Below are positions 1-11,893 of a DNA stretch of 52,834 nt, one piece after another. The notes beneath the pieces were generated by a model, which worked only from the letters and a program-made list of their open reading frames with translations, was not told the DNA's origin and searched no databases. This DNA comes from Octopus bimaculoides. Taxonomy: Eukaryota. The translations under genes and the position numbers were made by a program. The DNA is taken from the NCBI RefSeq assembly GCF_001194135.2, contig NC_068990.1, forward strand, positions 4,639,014-4,691,847, read 5' to 3'. Positions within the stretch are counted from its first letter, which is position 1. Every line of letters starts with the position of its first letter.

Positions 1-307
1 ATAGCTGGTCCCTCTATTGGGTCGACATAAGGCAGGCTCTCTTTCTCCCATTCATTCTCTTTATTAAGCAATCTATCGTAGTGGCATCTCCAGACCTCTT
101 TCTTTGCATCCTCATTTAATGCAAGCGTACCATCATCCATGCGAACACATTTCTCTCCTACAACATCACTATTCTCTCTCCTACACTGTCTTGCAACACG
201 AAATACCTCGAGTCTTTGGTCCTCACGGCGCAGAACATTGGCAAATCTTTCCTTATCTGCTTCCCCTCTGGCTAAATAAACCTGTCGCCTAGCCTCCCTT
301 CTGGCAC
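1..307 (-). mobile_element. RTE-clade LINE ORF fragment (linker region upstream of RT); continues off the window edge
   Basis: Uninterrupted minus-strand frame ARREARRQVYLARGEADKERFANVLRREDQRLEVFRVARQCRRENSDVVGEKCVRMDDGTLALNEDAKKEVWRCHYDRLLNKENEWEKESLPYVDPIEGPAI; the DVVGEKC..DG.L....KKEVW..HY..LLN.EN.W pattern is typical of RTE elements. Confidence 0.85.
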
Positions 308-867
308 ATTGGAAAGACAAACTATTATGTTCAGTACTAACTACTAAATAAGTATACTTCATAAAAAAAATTATAAAAAAAAAAAACATTGATAAACCAG
401 AAATTAATTTAACTATTTTCATTAGAATGAATATCACAATTTTTATGAACTACTGAAAATTTCATCAAGAGAAAAAATAATATACAAAAAGCAGAACTGA
501 TAACCAGTATTACATATATTAACAAAATATTAATAGTTGTAACAATTAGTATCAGAGGTGTCATTAATAGTAGATTATTACTAAGAATGTTAATAATTAG
601 TTGCAGTTAAGTTACTGGAGTGGATGAAATGCTAAAAACCGAGAATCAATTAATTAGTCACATCATCAAAAACTAGGTTTTCAAATTTGCCCTTTGTGTT
701 TCTTATGACCAGTCAATTCTCACAAGGTGTAAAAACCAAAAAAAAAACAACAGACATTTTTCTACTATAATATGAAATAACTACAAATCAAAGCCTCCTT
801 TGCAAATCAGTTAAATGAGACAGTCTTTCGTGTTTTTGGAACTTGATAAAATTAGTATAAGTCATAC

Positions 868-892
868 CCTGGGGACAACTATGTCTCCTTGC
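868..892 (-). CDS. Candidate 25-bp exon of minus-strand host gene
   Basis: Acceptor gacaagttttttAG, donor G|GTATGA; open as (x)QGDIVVPR or ARRHSCPQ. Confidence 0.3.
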
Positions 893-1559
893 CTAAAAAA
901 CTTGTCATGAACCAAAATAAGAAATCAATAAATGCAAATTAAATTAGTTTACTTTATTATCATCATTATGGTGTTGCTGTTCATAGAATAACAGCAGTAC
1001 TGAAAATAGCAATAACAATTTCTTGTATTAGCACAAGGCCACAAGACTTTCAGGGTTGGTTTAGATAAAACTCATTATGTAACCAATTTTTTAATTATTT
1101 CTGGAGTGGAAATGCTAGGAAGATTGAATTTAAACTTAGAATGTAAAGACCTGTGACTAAATGCAACAAAAGATTAAGTCTGAGAAGCTACTGTTTCTAT
1201 CACTCTATATAGATTACCATTAATCTACATAAAGGATAGTGGATAGCCCAAGTGGGAGAGTGTGTCAAGTAAAATAATTTGTCAAATTTAATGGTGCTCA
1301 TCTGGATTCTGAGTTCAAATAGGAGGCTGATAAAATAATTACCAACTAAGAACTGGAATTGTATTTCCCTACAAAATTTGTTGTTCTATGCCTATATCAA
1401 AAATCGATAACAACCTAAATAATTTTTGTTTTTTTATTTAATAGTCCATTCAAAATTTGTGTGCATCATGGCTCTGTAAGGTGTAAAATATGTAATTTGT
1501 ATAATGTGGAAAAATATTTTTCTGCAGAATATTAATTGTAAAATATATATATATATATA

Positions 1560-1859
1560 NNNNNNNNNNNNNNNNNNNNNNNNNNNNNNNNNNNNNNNNN
1601 NNNNNNNNNNNNNNNNNNNNNNNNNNNNNNNNNNNNNNNNNNNNNNNNNNNNNNNNNNNNNNNNNNNNNNNNNNNNNNNNNNNNNNNNNNNNNNNNNNNN
1701 NNNNNNNNNNNNNNNNNNNNNNNNNNNNNNNNNNNNNNNNNNNNNNNNNNNNNNNNNNNNNNNNNNNNNNNNNNNNNNNNNNNNNNNNNNNNNNNNNNNN
1801 NNNNNNNNNNNNNNNNNNNNNNNNNNNNNNNNNNNNNNNNNNNNNNNNNNNNNNNNNNN
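1560..1859. other. Assembly gap (others at 11851-11860, 12910-12921, 15578-15984, 21391-21492, 24695-25113, 25465-25474, 40170-40209)
   Basis: Runs of N, mostly flanked by (TA)n arrays. Confidence 0.99.
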
Positions 1860-2259
1860 ATATATATAAATTAGAATAGCATGTATGACTTTCAAATAAA
1901 AGATATAAAGAGTGATATATAATTTAACACCTACACACACACAGGTATGCACAACAAAACAACTGTAGAAGATAAGCTTATTTGAATATAAACTTATTCA
2001 AGTAGTTTTTATCAGTTTTCAGAGGAAATATCAAACATTTTTGAGAACTATGACATATGCATGCATAAGTTTTCCCTCCAAAAGACATTTTGATGATTTT
2101 CCATATTTGCACTGACTATTAATAAATTAGATAGATAAGTTTTGAAAAATGTCATGATAATCAGTTGGAGCTGTTATTTGATCATTGTATTGACTACATA
2201 CAAAAATACGATGAAGAATACATGTAAGAATTGTAAAGATTTTGGTGAAAGATTTATTT

Positions 2260-2605
2260 GGCTACAGAAATATACATGTTATCAGGGAAAGATTTTAATT
2301 ACCAGTCAAAGACTAGTGTTACCAAAGAGAAATATATATTACGAGAGAAAGACATGCTACCAGATGAAAATATGTATTATTAGGGAAGGATATATTTCAG
2401 CAGAGGAAGAAACATGTTACAAGAAAAATCCACACATTACAAGAGAAGTTCATGTGTTACCAGAGAAGGACGTGTATTAGAAAGAAATGACAAGTGTTTC
2501 CAGAGTGAGGCATGTGTTACTAGTGGAAGACATGTATCCACAGAGACTCATACATGTTACCAGAAGAAGACAAGTTTGATTAGAGAGAAACAAATGTTAC
2601 AAGGT
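2260..2605 (+). repeat. Degenerate ~19-21 bp minisatellite (core approx. aCATGTTACCAGAGa)
   Basis: Recurring variants acatgttatcaggga, agtgttaccaaagag, acatgctaccagatg, acatgttacaagaaa, atgtgttaccagaga, atgtgttactagtgg, acatgttaccagaag, aaatgttacaagg. Confidence 0.6.
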
Positions 2606-2722
2606 ATGAAGCAAATTAAATTTGAGATAAACAGATGGGTGAGGTAAGAAAAATTTCATCACAACAACTGCTACAATTGATTTATTGTTATAGTGTGTTT
2701 TCGATCAAGAAATTTATCCTTA

Positions 2723-2880
2723 TCATCATCATCATCATCATCGTTTAACGTCCGCTTTCCATGCTAGCATCGGTTGGACGATTTGACTGAGGACTGGTGA
2801 AACCGGATGGTAACACCAGGCTCCAATCTAAATTTGGCAGAGTTTCTACAGCTGGATGCCCTTCCTAACACCAACCAATT
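2723..2880 (-). mobile_element. RTE-type 3' end / RTE-tailed SINE with (GAT)n tail
   Basis: Reverse complement of ggaagggcatccagctgtagaaact...gcatggaaagcggacgttaaacgatgatgat, a motif repeated many times in the window. Confidence 0.8.
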
Positions 2881-2911
2881 CTTTATAGACCATCTTTTTT
2901 AATATTCTTAG

Positions 2912-2942
<31 letters not shown>

Positions 2943-2977
2943 TTATTATTATTGTTGTTATTATGATTATCATTATT

Positions 2978-3023
<46 letters not shown>

Positions 3024-3025
3024 GT
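2912..3025. repeat. (TA)n plus (TTA/TAA)n compound microsatellite
   Basis: Direct inspection. Confidence 0.95.
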
Positions 3026-3074
3026 AAATAGTGATTTCTGAAAAGGATATAGTAGATTATATTAACGACCAAAT

Positions 3075-3277
3075 AAGGCGGCGAGCTAGCAGAATCGTTA
3101 GCTTAGTGGAATTTTGTCTGTCTTCATGTTCTGAGTTCAAATTCTGCCAAGGTTGACTTTGCCTTTCATCCTTTTGGGGTCAATAAATTAAGTACAAGTG
3201 AAACACTGGGTTCAATGTAATCTACTAGTATCCTCTCACAAAATTTCAGGCCTTGTGCCTTTCGTAGAAAGGATTAT
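3075..3277 (+). mobile_element. tRNA-headed SINE family B (Nin-domain-like centre)
   Basis: Head ggcggcgagctagcagaatcgttagc, B-box-like gagttcaaattc, centre gttgactttgcctttcatccttttggggtcaataaattaagtac, tail ggccttgtgcctttcgtagaaaggattat; more than 10 copies in the window. Confidence 0.85.
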
Positions 3278-3831
3278 ATTAGCCATTAATGCCTGTTTGG
3301 GAGTTGATTTATAGGCTTGGAAGGATACATAGCAAAGTTATCTCAGGTAGGCAAGATTTGAACTCATCATATGATAGAATATAACTAAATGAAATAAGGC
3401 ACTTAATACATTGCCCTACTTATTCTCCCATCCTTCACTCTCAGTAATAATGATGATGATGATGACAGTAGTGATAATGTCTAATTCTGTTGCAAGGCCA
3501 TAAACCTTGCGAGAGAGCACAATTAATTCCTCCATCACCAGGTACTTATTTAATTTTATGAAATTCAGCAAAATGCTGTTCAAAGTTAACCACAGTAGTA
3601 TTTGAACTCAGAACACAGAGAGAAGTAACTTCATGCATACTTTAAATGATGCATGAAGTGTTAAAATCTCACTTATTTCTCTAAAACGCTTGAACATCAT
3701 TAAAATGATTGAAGTGCTTCAAAGTAGAAATTAAATTGTCATGACTTAATTTAAAAAAAAAACAAAACCAAATTCAATTATATTAGTAGTGGTAAATGAT
3801 GAAGTGATGATGGTATTTATGATGCTGATAA

Positions 3832-4042
3832 TAATGGCTTCAAATTTTGGCACAAAGCCAGCAATTTTAGGGGAGGGGTAAGCCAATTACATCGACCCCA
3901 GAGTCAGAATGCTACTTATTTCATCAGCCCTAAAAGGATGAAAGACAAAGATGACCTTGGCCGAATACAAGCACAGAATATAAAGGCAGACAAAATGCAG
4001 CTAAACATTTAGTATAGTATGCTACTTTGTTCATTCACTGCC

Positions 4043-4044
<2 letters not shown>
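3832..4044 (-). mobile_element. SINE family B, diverged copy
   Basis: Reverse-complement match to 3075-3277 (aaaggatgaaagacaaagatgaccttggccgaat). Confidence 0.75.

Positions 4045-4083
<39 letters not shown>
4043..4083. repeat. (TAA)n microsatellite
   Basis: Direct inspection. Confidence 0.98.
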
Positions 4084-4400
4084 CAGATGGAAAGAAAAAG
4101 TCTAGTAGAGTATTTACAGAGCAGCATAGAAAAACTTCTGAAGACAATAAAGAACAAGTGATGAAGTGCGTAATAGGAGAAAAGGACAAAAATGAAATAC
4201 AAAGAGAGCACGTCAGACAGATTGAAGAGAAACCTCTGCATGGCCAATTTTGGAGAGTCACTGAAGATTTATGAGGAACAAAATCCTTGGTTAAAAATGT
4301 GGAAATTAAAACAAGAAACAGTGAGCCTAATTGTAGCAGCCCAAGATCAAGCGATAATGACAAATATATATGAGGTCTGATCAATAAGTATCTGGACTGT
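4084..4400 (+). mobile_element. R4/Dong-clade non-LTR retrotransposon fragment (post-RT region), frameshifted
   Basis: Translates across frameshifts to SLVEYLQSSIEKLLKTI...EEKPLHGQFWR...WLKMWKLKQETVSLIVAAQDQAIMTN, matching the R4-clade LHGQ..WL..LK.ETE..I.AAQDQA..T motif. Confidence 0.75.
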
Positions 4401-4563
4401 TACTATAGTAACGAAGCTAAAGCATGCAGAGTGAAGCCATTTGACACAGATTAATGTTGAACTCTGCTATGCATGCACACTAAACTTCACTGGGCTCAAT
4501 CTCATTTGCAAACCCATGGAAAACAAACCTACACCAACTATACTACCTATATCTGTGCACACC

Positions 4564-4800
4564 TTTCAATGCAATGTATGCCAGAAGGTTTGCAAATCTA
4601 ATGGAGCCTCAAAAGATATTTTAAGATCCACAAAAATCAGAATTTATCTGCAGCTGTTGGTGGCCCAAATCGGATATGCAATCTATGTGGGTGTCTTTTC
4701 AAAACATTGTCTGGTTTAAAAAGCCACATCAGATGCCATGATGGTTCCAAGGTGGAGGTACAGGAGGTGGTCAAACTCTGCATAAGGAGTAGACAACCAC
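4564..4800 (+). mobile_element. LINE C-terminal end with two C2H2 zinc fingers (RTE/BovB-like), first finger frameshifted
   Basis: FQCNVCQKVCKSNGAS/KRYFKIH and RICNLCGCLFKTLSGLKSHIRCH, followed by a short 3' segment and a (TA)/(CA) tract. Confidence 0.55.
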
Positions 4801-4846
4801 CATATGTATATACACACACACATATATCTATCTGCCTGTCTGTCTG

Positions 4847-4861
<15 letters not shown>

Positions 4862-4886
<25 letters not shown>

Positions 4887-5020
4887 CATGTTTTTTTGGT
4901 TTTGCCAACCAAATCCACTCACAATACCTTAGTTGGCCCAGGGCTATTATAGAAGACATTTGTCCCCAGATGTCACACAGTGGAACTGAACCCCAAATCA
5001 CATGGTTAGTAAGCAAGTTC
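4862..5020 (-). mobile_element. tRNA-headed SINE family A, 5' part
   Basis: Reverse-complement match to the head of 5695-6122 (accaaatccactcacaatacctt...cagtggaactgaacccc...catggttagtaagcaag). Confidence 0.8.
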
Positions 5021-5387
5021 AAAACAATTGAATAAAAGGAATCGATTGTTACAACTAGTTATAACAATCTTCTTTAACTGCAAAATAATGCACTTGCCAA
5101 TTCAAAAAGTGATACTTCAGATTTCTATAAAGAAAGTACACTGAAAGGAATACAATTCCGACAAGACCAAAAACTCATTTTGAAATAATGAATTTGCTTA
5201 CATAAAGTAAATACATTATATATACATTATATATACATCTCAAAAAGCTAAATGGATATGGTAATCATATGCTTTACACACAGATCCTTTATCCTTGTGT
5301 TAAAACAACATTCTACATGTTTGGAATCTCACTAATGGTGCTGTAATCTAAAATCCAATAAAATATTTAAGAAATAGACCATCTTAC

Positions 5388-5508
5388 CCATTACTTTAAT
5401 ATTGTAAATGGAGAAAACACTAGAGAAAATCCCAAACAATATCCAACACAGAAAAGAATCAAACAACTCATACAGGAATGTTTAGAAAACCATTTAGTTC
5501 TCCCTCAT
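5388..5508 (-). other. Exon-like segment with strong splice sites, closed in all frames (an internal acceptor gives an open 5388-5419 exon VFSIYNIKVM)
   Basis: Acceptor gtttttgtttctttcAG, donor G|GTAAGA. Confidence 0.35.
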
Positions 5509-5694
5509 CTGAAAGAAACAAAAAACTACACAATAATCCAGATGAAAAACCACACTATACTTCAATCAGCATTAGCAAGTAATATATACTCCGAGAAATA
5601 TAAACCTGACCATATAACTCACTTAAAGTTGATAGACACAGAATACAAAACATATCTTTTAAACAGGAAAACCATCGACTTTTATAGCAAACAT

Positions 5695-6122
5695 AGGCGC
5701 AGAAGTGGCTGTGTGGTAAGTAGCTTGCTTACCAACCACATGGTTCCGGGTTCAGTCCCACTGCATGGCACCTTGGGCAAGTGTCTTCTACTATAGCCTC
5801 GGGCTGACCAAAGCCTTCTGAGTGGATTTGGTAGACAGAAACTGAAAGAAGCCCGTCGTATATATATGTATATATGTATGTGTGTGTATATCTTTGTGTG
5901 TCTGTGTTTGTACCCCCAACATCGCTTGACAACCGATGCTGGTGTGTTTACCTCCACGTAACTTAGCGGTTCGGCAAAAGAAACCGATAGAATAAGTACT
6001 AGGCTTACAAAGAATAAGTCCTGGGGTCGATTTGCTCGACTAAAAAGGTGGTGCTCCAGCATGGCCACAGTCAAATGACTGAAACAAGTAAAGTAAAAGA
6101 GTAAAAGAGAGAGTAAAAGAGT
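5695..6122 (+). mobile_element. tRNA-headed SINE family A, full-length, with internal (TA)/(TG) tract and gagtaaaa-type tail
   Basis: ggcgcagaagtggctgtgtggtaag...gggttcagtccc (A/B boxes), ggcaccttgggcaagtgtcttct, 3' part ending aaatgactgaaacaagtaaaagtaaaagag; resembles published octopus tRNA-derived SINEs (OK/OR families; exact family not assigned). Confidence 0.9.
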
Positions 6123-7460
6123 ATACCATCAGTAATCAGTACAAAATAATCAAACATTGACAACTCTCGCTAAATCTTCAATACAAGCTGAAAGTAATAT
6201 TTATGCAACTTACACACTGACAGTGACACAATATACTGAATACATTTAAAATTTTTAAAAAAAAGGCTACAAGGACAATCATCATTGGTACACCTATCAA
6301 GAGTAATGCTTTCAAGAAACACACTAATGCACATTTGAAAACAGAAAAACAAAACACAAAATACAAGGCACAAAGAAATCTGAAACATTTCTTTACATAA
6401 TCATCATCATGTTTTGAATGATAGCATGTACATAAAAATATGGTACAAGAGTGGGTTTGGCTGAGTTAAAAGGGTAAAAGGGTATCAAACACATCAGTAC
6501 ATATCCTATTACAAGCACTTTGTCTAAGCTTAAGACAACTTACTCTAAAATAGCTCATGCTATCTAACAATAAATAAGCATCAATGGCTTGTGAAGACAA
6601 GTATTTGGTTAGGTTCCAGTATTGTCTTCAGTTCATGCTTTGAATATAGCATAAAAAACAGAGTGAGCATTGCCAAGTTGATTCATCTAAGATACACTTC
6701 ATGGAGATGGTATCTTCAGTGGTTCCCCTGCAGCCCAATGGATAATGTGACATATATAACCTTATTTGGTTATTAATGTTCTATTACAAAAGCAACATAT
6801 AATCATCACTGATCATAGGTGTAAAATGTAAGCAGACAAAGAAATTAGGCAGAGGCATTTCATATTTGCATGAAAGTTAATAGTCTAGAATAAATAAATA
6901 GACGCTGATAATAATGATAATCTGTTACTATTTTGTGATTTGTGAAAATTATTACAGTCACATATCAAAATCTAGTGTACAATTGAAAGGTAAATCTTAA
7001 CAGATTTGTTTTGGCTAAGAAAAAGGAAAATAAAAAAAATGGATGCGATTCTTTTATTAACAAAGTCAGAAATGTTTACAAAAATTTGTATTTTTAATTA
7101 TTTAATTTTATATTATATTAAATATTTCATTCTAAAGCGCTAACCTTTGATTGAACTCTCTTGACATATTCAACAAAAGAAGCTAATCAAAACTCAAATT
7201 AAATCTCTATAAAATTATTTTCTATGAAAATTTCAAGCTAATTTATGTACAGTTAATAACTATTTTTAAAAATCACCTCATAGAAGTGAGGTAGAGAAAG
7301 GTTTAACAAATCATTGGTCTAAAAGCCATATACAAACAATTCAAAAGTATCATGCCAAACAGAATTGCTATGTAATTATACAAATATTAATTAGTAAAGA
7401 TTTGGGATTTCAAGGTGTTATTTCCCTCATCGACTACCTGTGCGCCATGCGCCTACTTAC

Positions 7461-7559
7461 CAAAAACTCCATAATAATCTATCGTGTAGAATCTTAAAAT
7501 GCTGTTAGTGTCATGATACTTATTTCATCAGACCATGCAATTAAATACAGGAAACAAGC
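7461..7559 (-). other. 99-bp exon-like segment with strong splice sites but stops in all three frames
   Basis: Acceptor ttcttttatgtcttcattcattgtcctacAG, donor G|GTAAGT. Confidence 0.45.
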
Positions 7560-8469
7560 CTGTAGGACAATGAATGAAGACATAAAAGAAAAGAAAAAGA
7601 AAACAGAGTCAAATTAATATTCAATAAACTGAAAAAGGATAAGTTTCTGATATTAAAGTTGGATAAACGTTCCTTCAGATAGTAAATAGCTATACATACC
7701 TTGACTAATAACCAAGCCAAGAAGAAAAAAAATCCAATGGTGAATTACTTAGGCCGATAGTCCTTTAAGAGTAGTTATATTTTTAAATGCAAAATTTCAC
7801 TAAGCATTAATAGACAGGTTAAAACCAATATGGTATCTCCTTAAAATATGTTATCCTTCCGAAACAAAGAAGCTGGCAAAAAGATCTAATGATACAACTA
7901 AGAATAGCTCAACATGTGCACAAATGTATTATGCTTAAAATCAAGTGGAAAAAATGCAAAACTAATTGATCTTTGAAGAAGTAAAACTAAAAGTCATTGT
8001 CAAATTTATAAAATAGTTGAAATGGAAGTGATCTGAATGCATCCAAAAGATGATTGACAATGGGTGAACAAAAACAGTAACTGACTTGATTCCAAGAGGC
8101 AAACAAAAGAAAAAAGGATGTCAATAAACAAGATGGAGGAATGAATTGGATTAGTCTGATTTAAACTCTGGATTCGAACTAAAAATTGAAAGTTATGTAA
8201 AAATATAAGGTATGTCTTTACCCAGTAGTATTGAATATATATATATATATTGCTGCCTGTAAATGAATTTGAAACCATAATGTGTATTAATGGAAAGACT
8301 TTAAAAAATATTCCTTCTTTTTAACTTTAGTTTACAGTTTAGGTAAGACAATTATTTGTTGATAGGTATGAATTCTAACTCAGAGTTTATTTATGATTTA
8401 ATGAATCCTTTGATTAAATGACTATTTCTTATACAATGAGTAATAGTTATTTAATTTATCCATTAATAT

Positions 8470-8673
8470 TGGTTTCAGATTTTAGCAGAAGGACAGCAAG
8501 TTTCGGGGAGGGGATTAGTCTATTACATCAACCCCCATAGTTCTGCTGGTAATTATTTTATTGACCCTGAAGGGATGAATGGCAAAGTTTACCATGGCGG
8601 CATTTGAACTCAAAACATAATGTTGGACAAAGTACCGCTAAGTGTGGTAACGATCCTGCCAGCTCACCACCTT
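8470..8673 (-). mobile_element. SINE family B copy
   Basis: gaagggatgaatggcaaagtttaccatggcggcatttgaactc...ctgccagctcaccaccttaa. Confidence 0.8.
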
Positions 8674-10317
8674 AATTGATTAATTAATATTAAATGTTGA
8701 ATAAATTTATTGTGGGATGTTTTTAAAAATCTTTTCAAAATAATGGTGGAGTTAATCACTGTTTTTTAACTACACAAACAATCATTACAGCAATTGATAC
8801 TATCTCATTTATGATAAAGCAAAAGCAAAGTATTTATACATTGATAATATCTGTAAATTACTATAAATAATGTAGGTGAAAATTAACTTATAGAAACCTA
8901 AATCTAAAACCTTGGTTAATTTTTAAACTTAAAGAAATTTTATGGCAACCAGATTCTACATTAAAAAAAATGTGTCACCTATTTTCAAAGGTTTTAAAAT
9001 AGTTATTCTTCTTCTGATGAATTGTTGTGTAGAACCAAAAAATACAAAGAAAACAAAACCAGTTTGGTTAATGTGATGGAGAGAAAAAAAAAGGAACATT
9101 GAATGTAGGATCAAACACCGTTAGCAAAAGCATACATAACGTTCAGTCGGTGCTTTACCTTGCAACCTTTAGCTTTATATTGTTGGTAAATGTGTAATAT
9201 TCTCACACTGTATTAGGGTGTTAACGTTCTTTTCAGGAGTCACCAAACTCATCCTTTCTGCCAGCCTCTACATTCTTATTATGATGCTATTGTCCTTTTT
9301 ATTTCATGCTGTTCAACAGTGTAATTTTATGCCTTTCTATTCAACATCATCTCATATGTGAAACACAACTACCCAAGGTTTGATTAATCCCATATCAAGT
9401 ATTCTAAAGCCTATTTCAGCTCTCACTATACTCTCTTTTAACATTTTTTTTTTTAGCTATAATGGCCACTTTACTACAAGGATACTTTTACTATTCCTAT
9501 GGGTATATATTTTTAAGAGGCCTTTTGAATTCAGATTTCTCTTTTACCATTCCTTTAACTCTTGGACTATTTTTGCAATAACAATTACCTTATCAGCATA
9601 TAAAAGTTCTCAAAATAAAATAAAAAAATGAAAGCATATATCAATGTATCCAAACCATATCTAAATAGATCAAATCAGAAATAAAAAAAATAATTTAGGA
9701 AGTATTAAATTTGCAAAGATCAATAAAAAAATAAAGAAATTAAAGATAATACATATCACATGGAGTCAGCCAATAAATATTAAATGTATAGTTTTTTATA
9801 TGTTACTTTGATCTTTAATAATCTAGCTGCCATTTAACTTGTATAAGTGATATATTATTTCATTCATTCCTTGATCTTAGATCCAATACTAATCTATATA
9901 ATTAAAAACAAATATAACAGCATCCACTCTTCCTTTCCATGAAAGCTTACATTAAATAACTGAATATTTATAATGATTTATGAGAAAGTTACAATTATCA
10001 ACATTTCTAATGATTTTTTTAATGTTAGCACATCTGTTGATAGGTTCATAATGTTGGTTACTATTGTCAGCACAAAGCCACAAACATACTTTTTGTGAGG
10101 TGCTGTCAGTTAAATTACCCATAGTACTTCACTAGTACCTATTATATTGAACCTGGAAGAAAATACACTTAAAAGCAAGTATTGTTAGTTTTATTTTAAT
10201 AATTTATCTTATAGGACTGGCTAATTTAATTCAGGAATTCTGTAAATAATTCTGTTTGTTAATAGATACTAAGAAACAATTATTTAATTGATCAATTAAT
10301 ATTAAATATTGATAAAC

Positions 10318-10378
10318 CTATTGTAGGATGTTTTAATAAGACATCAAATGCATCAACAAGAATGCAGGGAAACGCAAG
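10318..10378 (-). CDS. Candidate exon LAFPCILVDAFDVLLKHPTI(G), phase 0 to 1
   Basis: Acceptor tttttgttgtgtctactatgtacAG; weak donor AG|GTTTAT; phase-compatible with 13342-13400. Confidence 0.3.
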
Positions 10379-11317
10379 CTGTACATAGTAGACACAACAA
10401 AAATATAAATTAAATAAATTTAACTGTACTAATTTCTTTTTAAAACCCTCTTCTGATATACAATATGCATAGATCACAAACACAGTCTTCTTCAGAAATA
10501 CCTTGCAACTATATGTCTAAGCACATACAAATATTTTGAGGCATCAATAATACCACAAAAATGCTTACACAAAACACTAACAAATATACATTAACATTGC
10601 TACGATACTGATTGTTACAATGAGCTGAACTTCTACATTGGATTTTTCAACAATCTTAATTCAATCCCCAAAACAAATCCACTACACTAATCTCTGATAT
10701 AAAGTATTATGATTTTTATTATATCATATGATCATCAAGGTGCTAACTCCAACTGACAACACTTGTTCATAAGTGTATGTTCAAACTATACTTTGATTTT
10801 TTAAAATTCTGAGATGCTGCTATTAATTCAAATGCTGTAAAAATGTATATTATTATCGTCTTGGTTAAACAAACAGAATGAAAAATTATACTCAATTTAG
10901 TGTGATTTTATGACTGCAACACACAGTATTCAAATGTTGTTTATTGCCAATTATTCATGACCAAACTTAGAATTCCACAGAATATTTTGATTTTTGAGAA
11001 GTCATATTGCAAATTGGTACTAAATAATTGTCGTCAGGTAGATACATACTTATTTATTTAATCATTTGTTGTTGTAAGTATTCAGACACTTTCCAAAAGT
11101 GCCAAGTAGTGTGATTGAGTTTTGTGTTGTGTGCTCTGTATGTGTGCGTTTTCTTTCAAATATGTTATATTAAAGCAAAACTGCTTTCAAGTTTGATCTA
11201 TTTTATCAAGGATTTTTCATATCGACTTATCAGTTAAGTTTGGAACAGTAACATTCCAAAATCCCAAGACTTTCACAATCTCATTTTTAAAGTGACTGTA
11301 AGGGTGACTTACTGCAT

Positions 11318-11349
<32 letters not shown>

Positions 11350-11807
11350 CTTAGATAGATACTAGCATTTACAAATCATATGAGTTTATACTTTTGATTT
11401 AGTTACCACTCAAAATTTCACATTTATAATCCTCAGGTAACTATGTATAGATTAGACCCTTTATATGTGTGAAATAAAACATAAGAATGCTCAAGTGTGT
11501 GCTTTTGTGAATAAGATGTTTAGGCATGAATTCATAATGTAATGTATAGGATAAGTTTCACCTCTATCTCTGCTCTCACAGCAAAATTGATGCCTGAAGA
11601 ATTTTTTCCACTCTATTCTGGATCAGGGAAGTAATAATGAGATGTGGATTGGATTATGATATCTGAACAACCAAAAACTCAATTAAATTAATGCATACAT
11701 AAGAATAAAGCAGTGTGTGGTAATACCACAGTTCATCTGGGAAACTGATATAAATATTAATACCATCTTTTTCACCAAAACAAATATAATTCCTTATACA
11801 CATGTAC

Positions 11808-11811
<4 letters not shown>

Positions 11812-11850
<39 letters not shown>

Positions 11851-11860
11851 NNNNNNNNNN

Positions 11861-11890
<30 letters not shown>
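11812..11890. repeat. (TATC)n / (TA)n microsatellite
   Basis: Direct inspection. Confidence 0.95.

Positions 11891-11893
<3 letters not shown>

Noticed and set aside
5695-5770. tRNA-like A/B boxes in SINE heads
   Set aside because: Part of dispersed SINEs; no complete cloverleaf, so not called as tRNA genes
9110-9385. Possible MITE with atcaaac/gtttgat ends
   Set aside because: Only ~7 bp of complementarity, expected by chance
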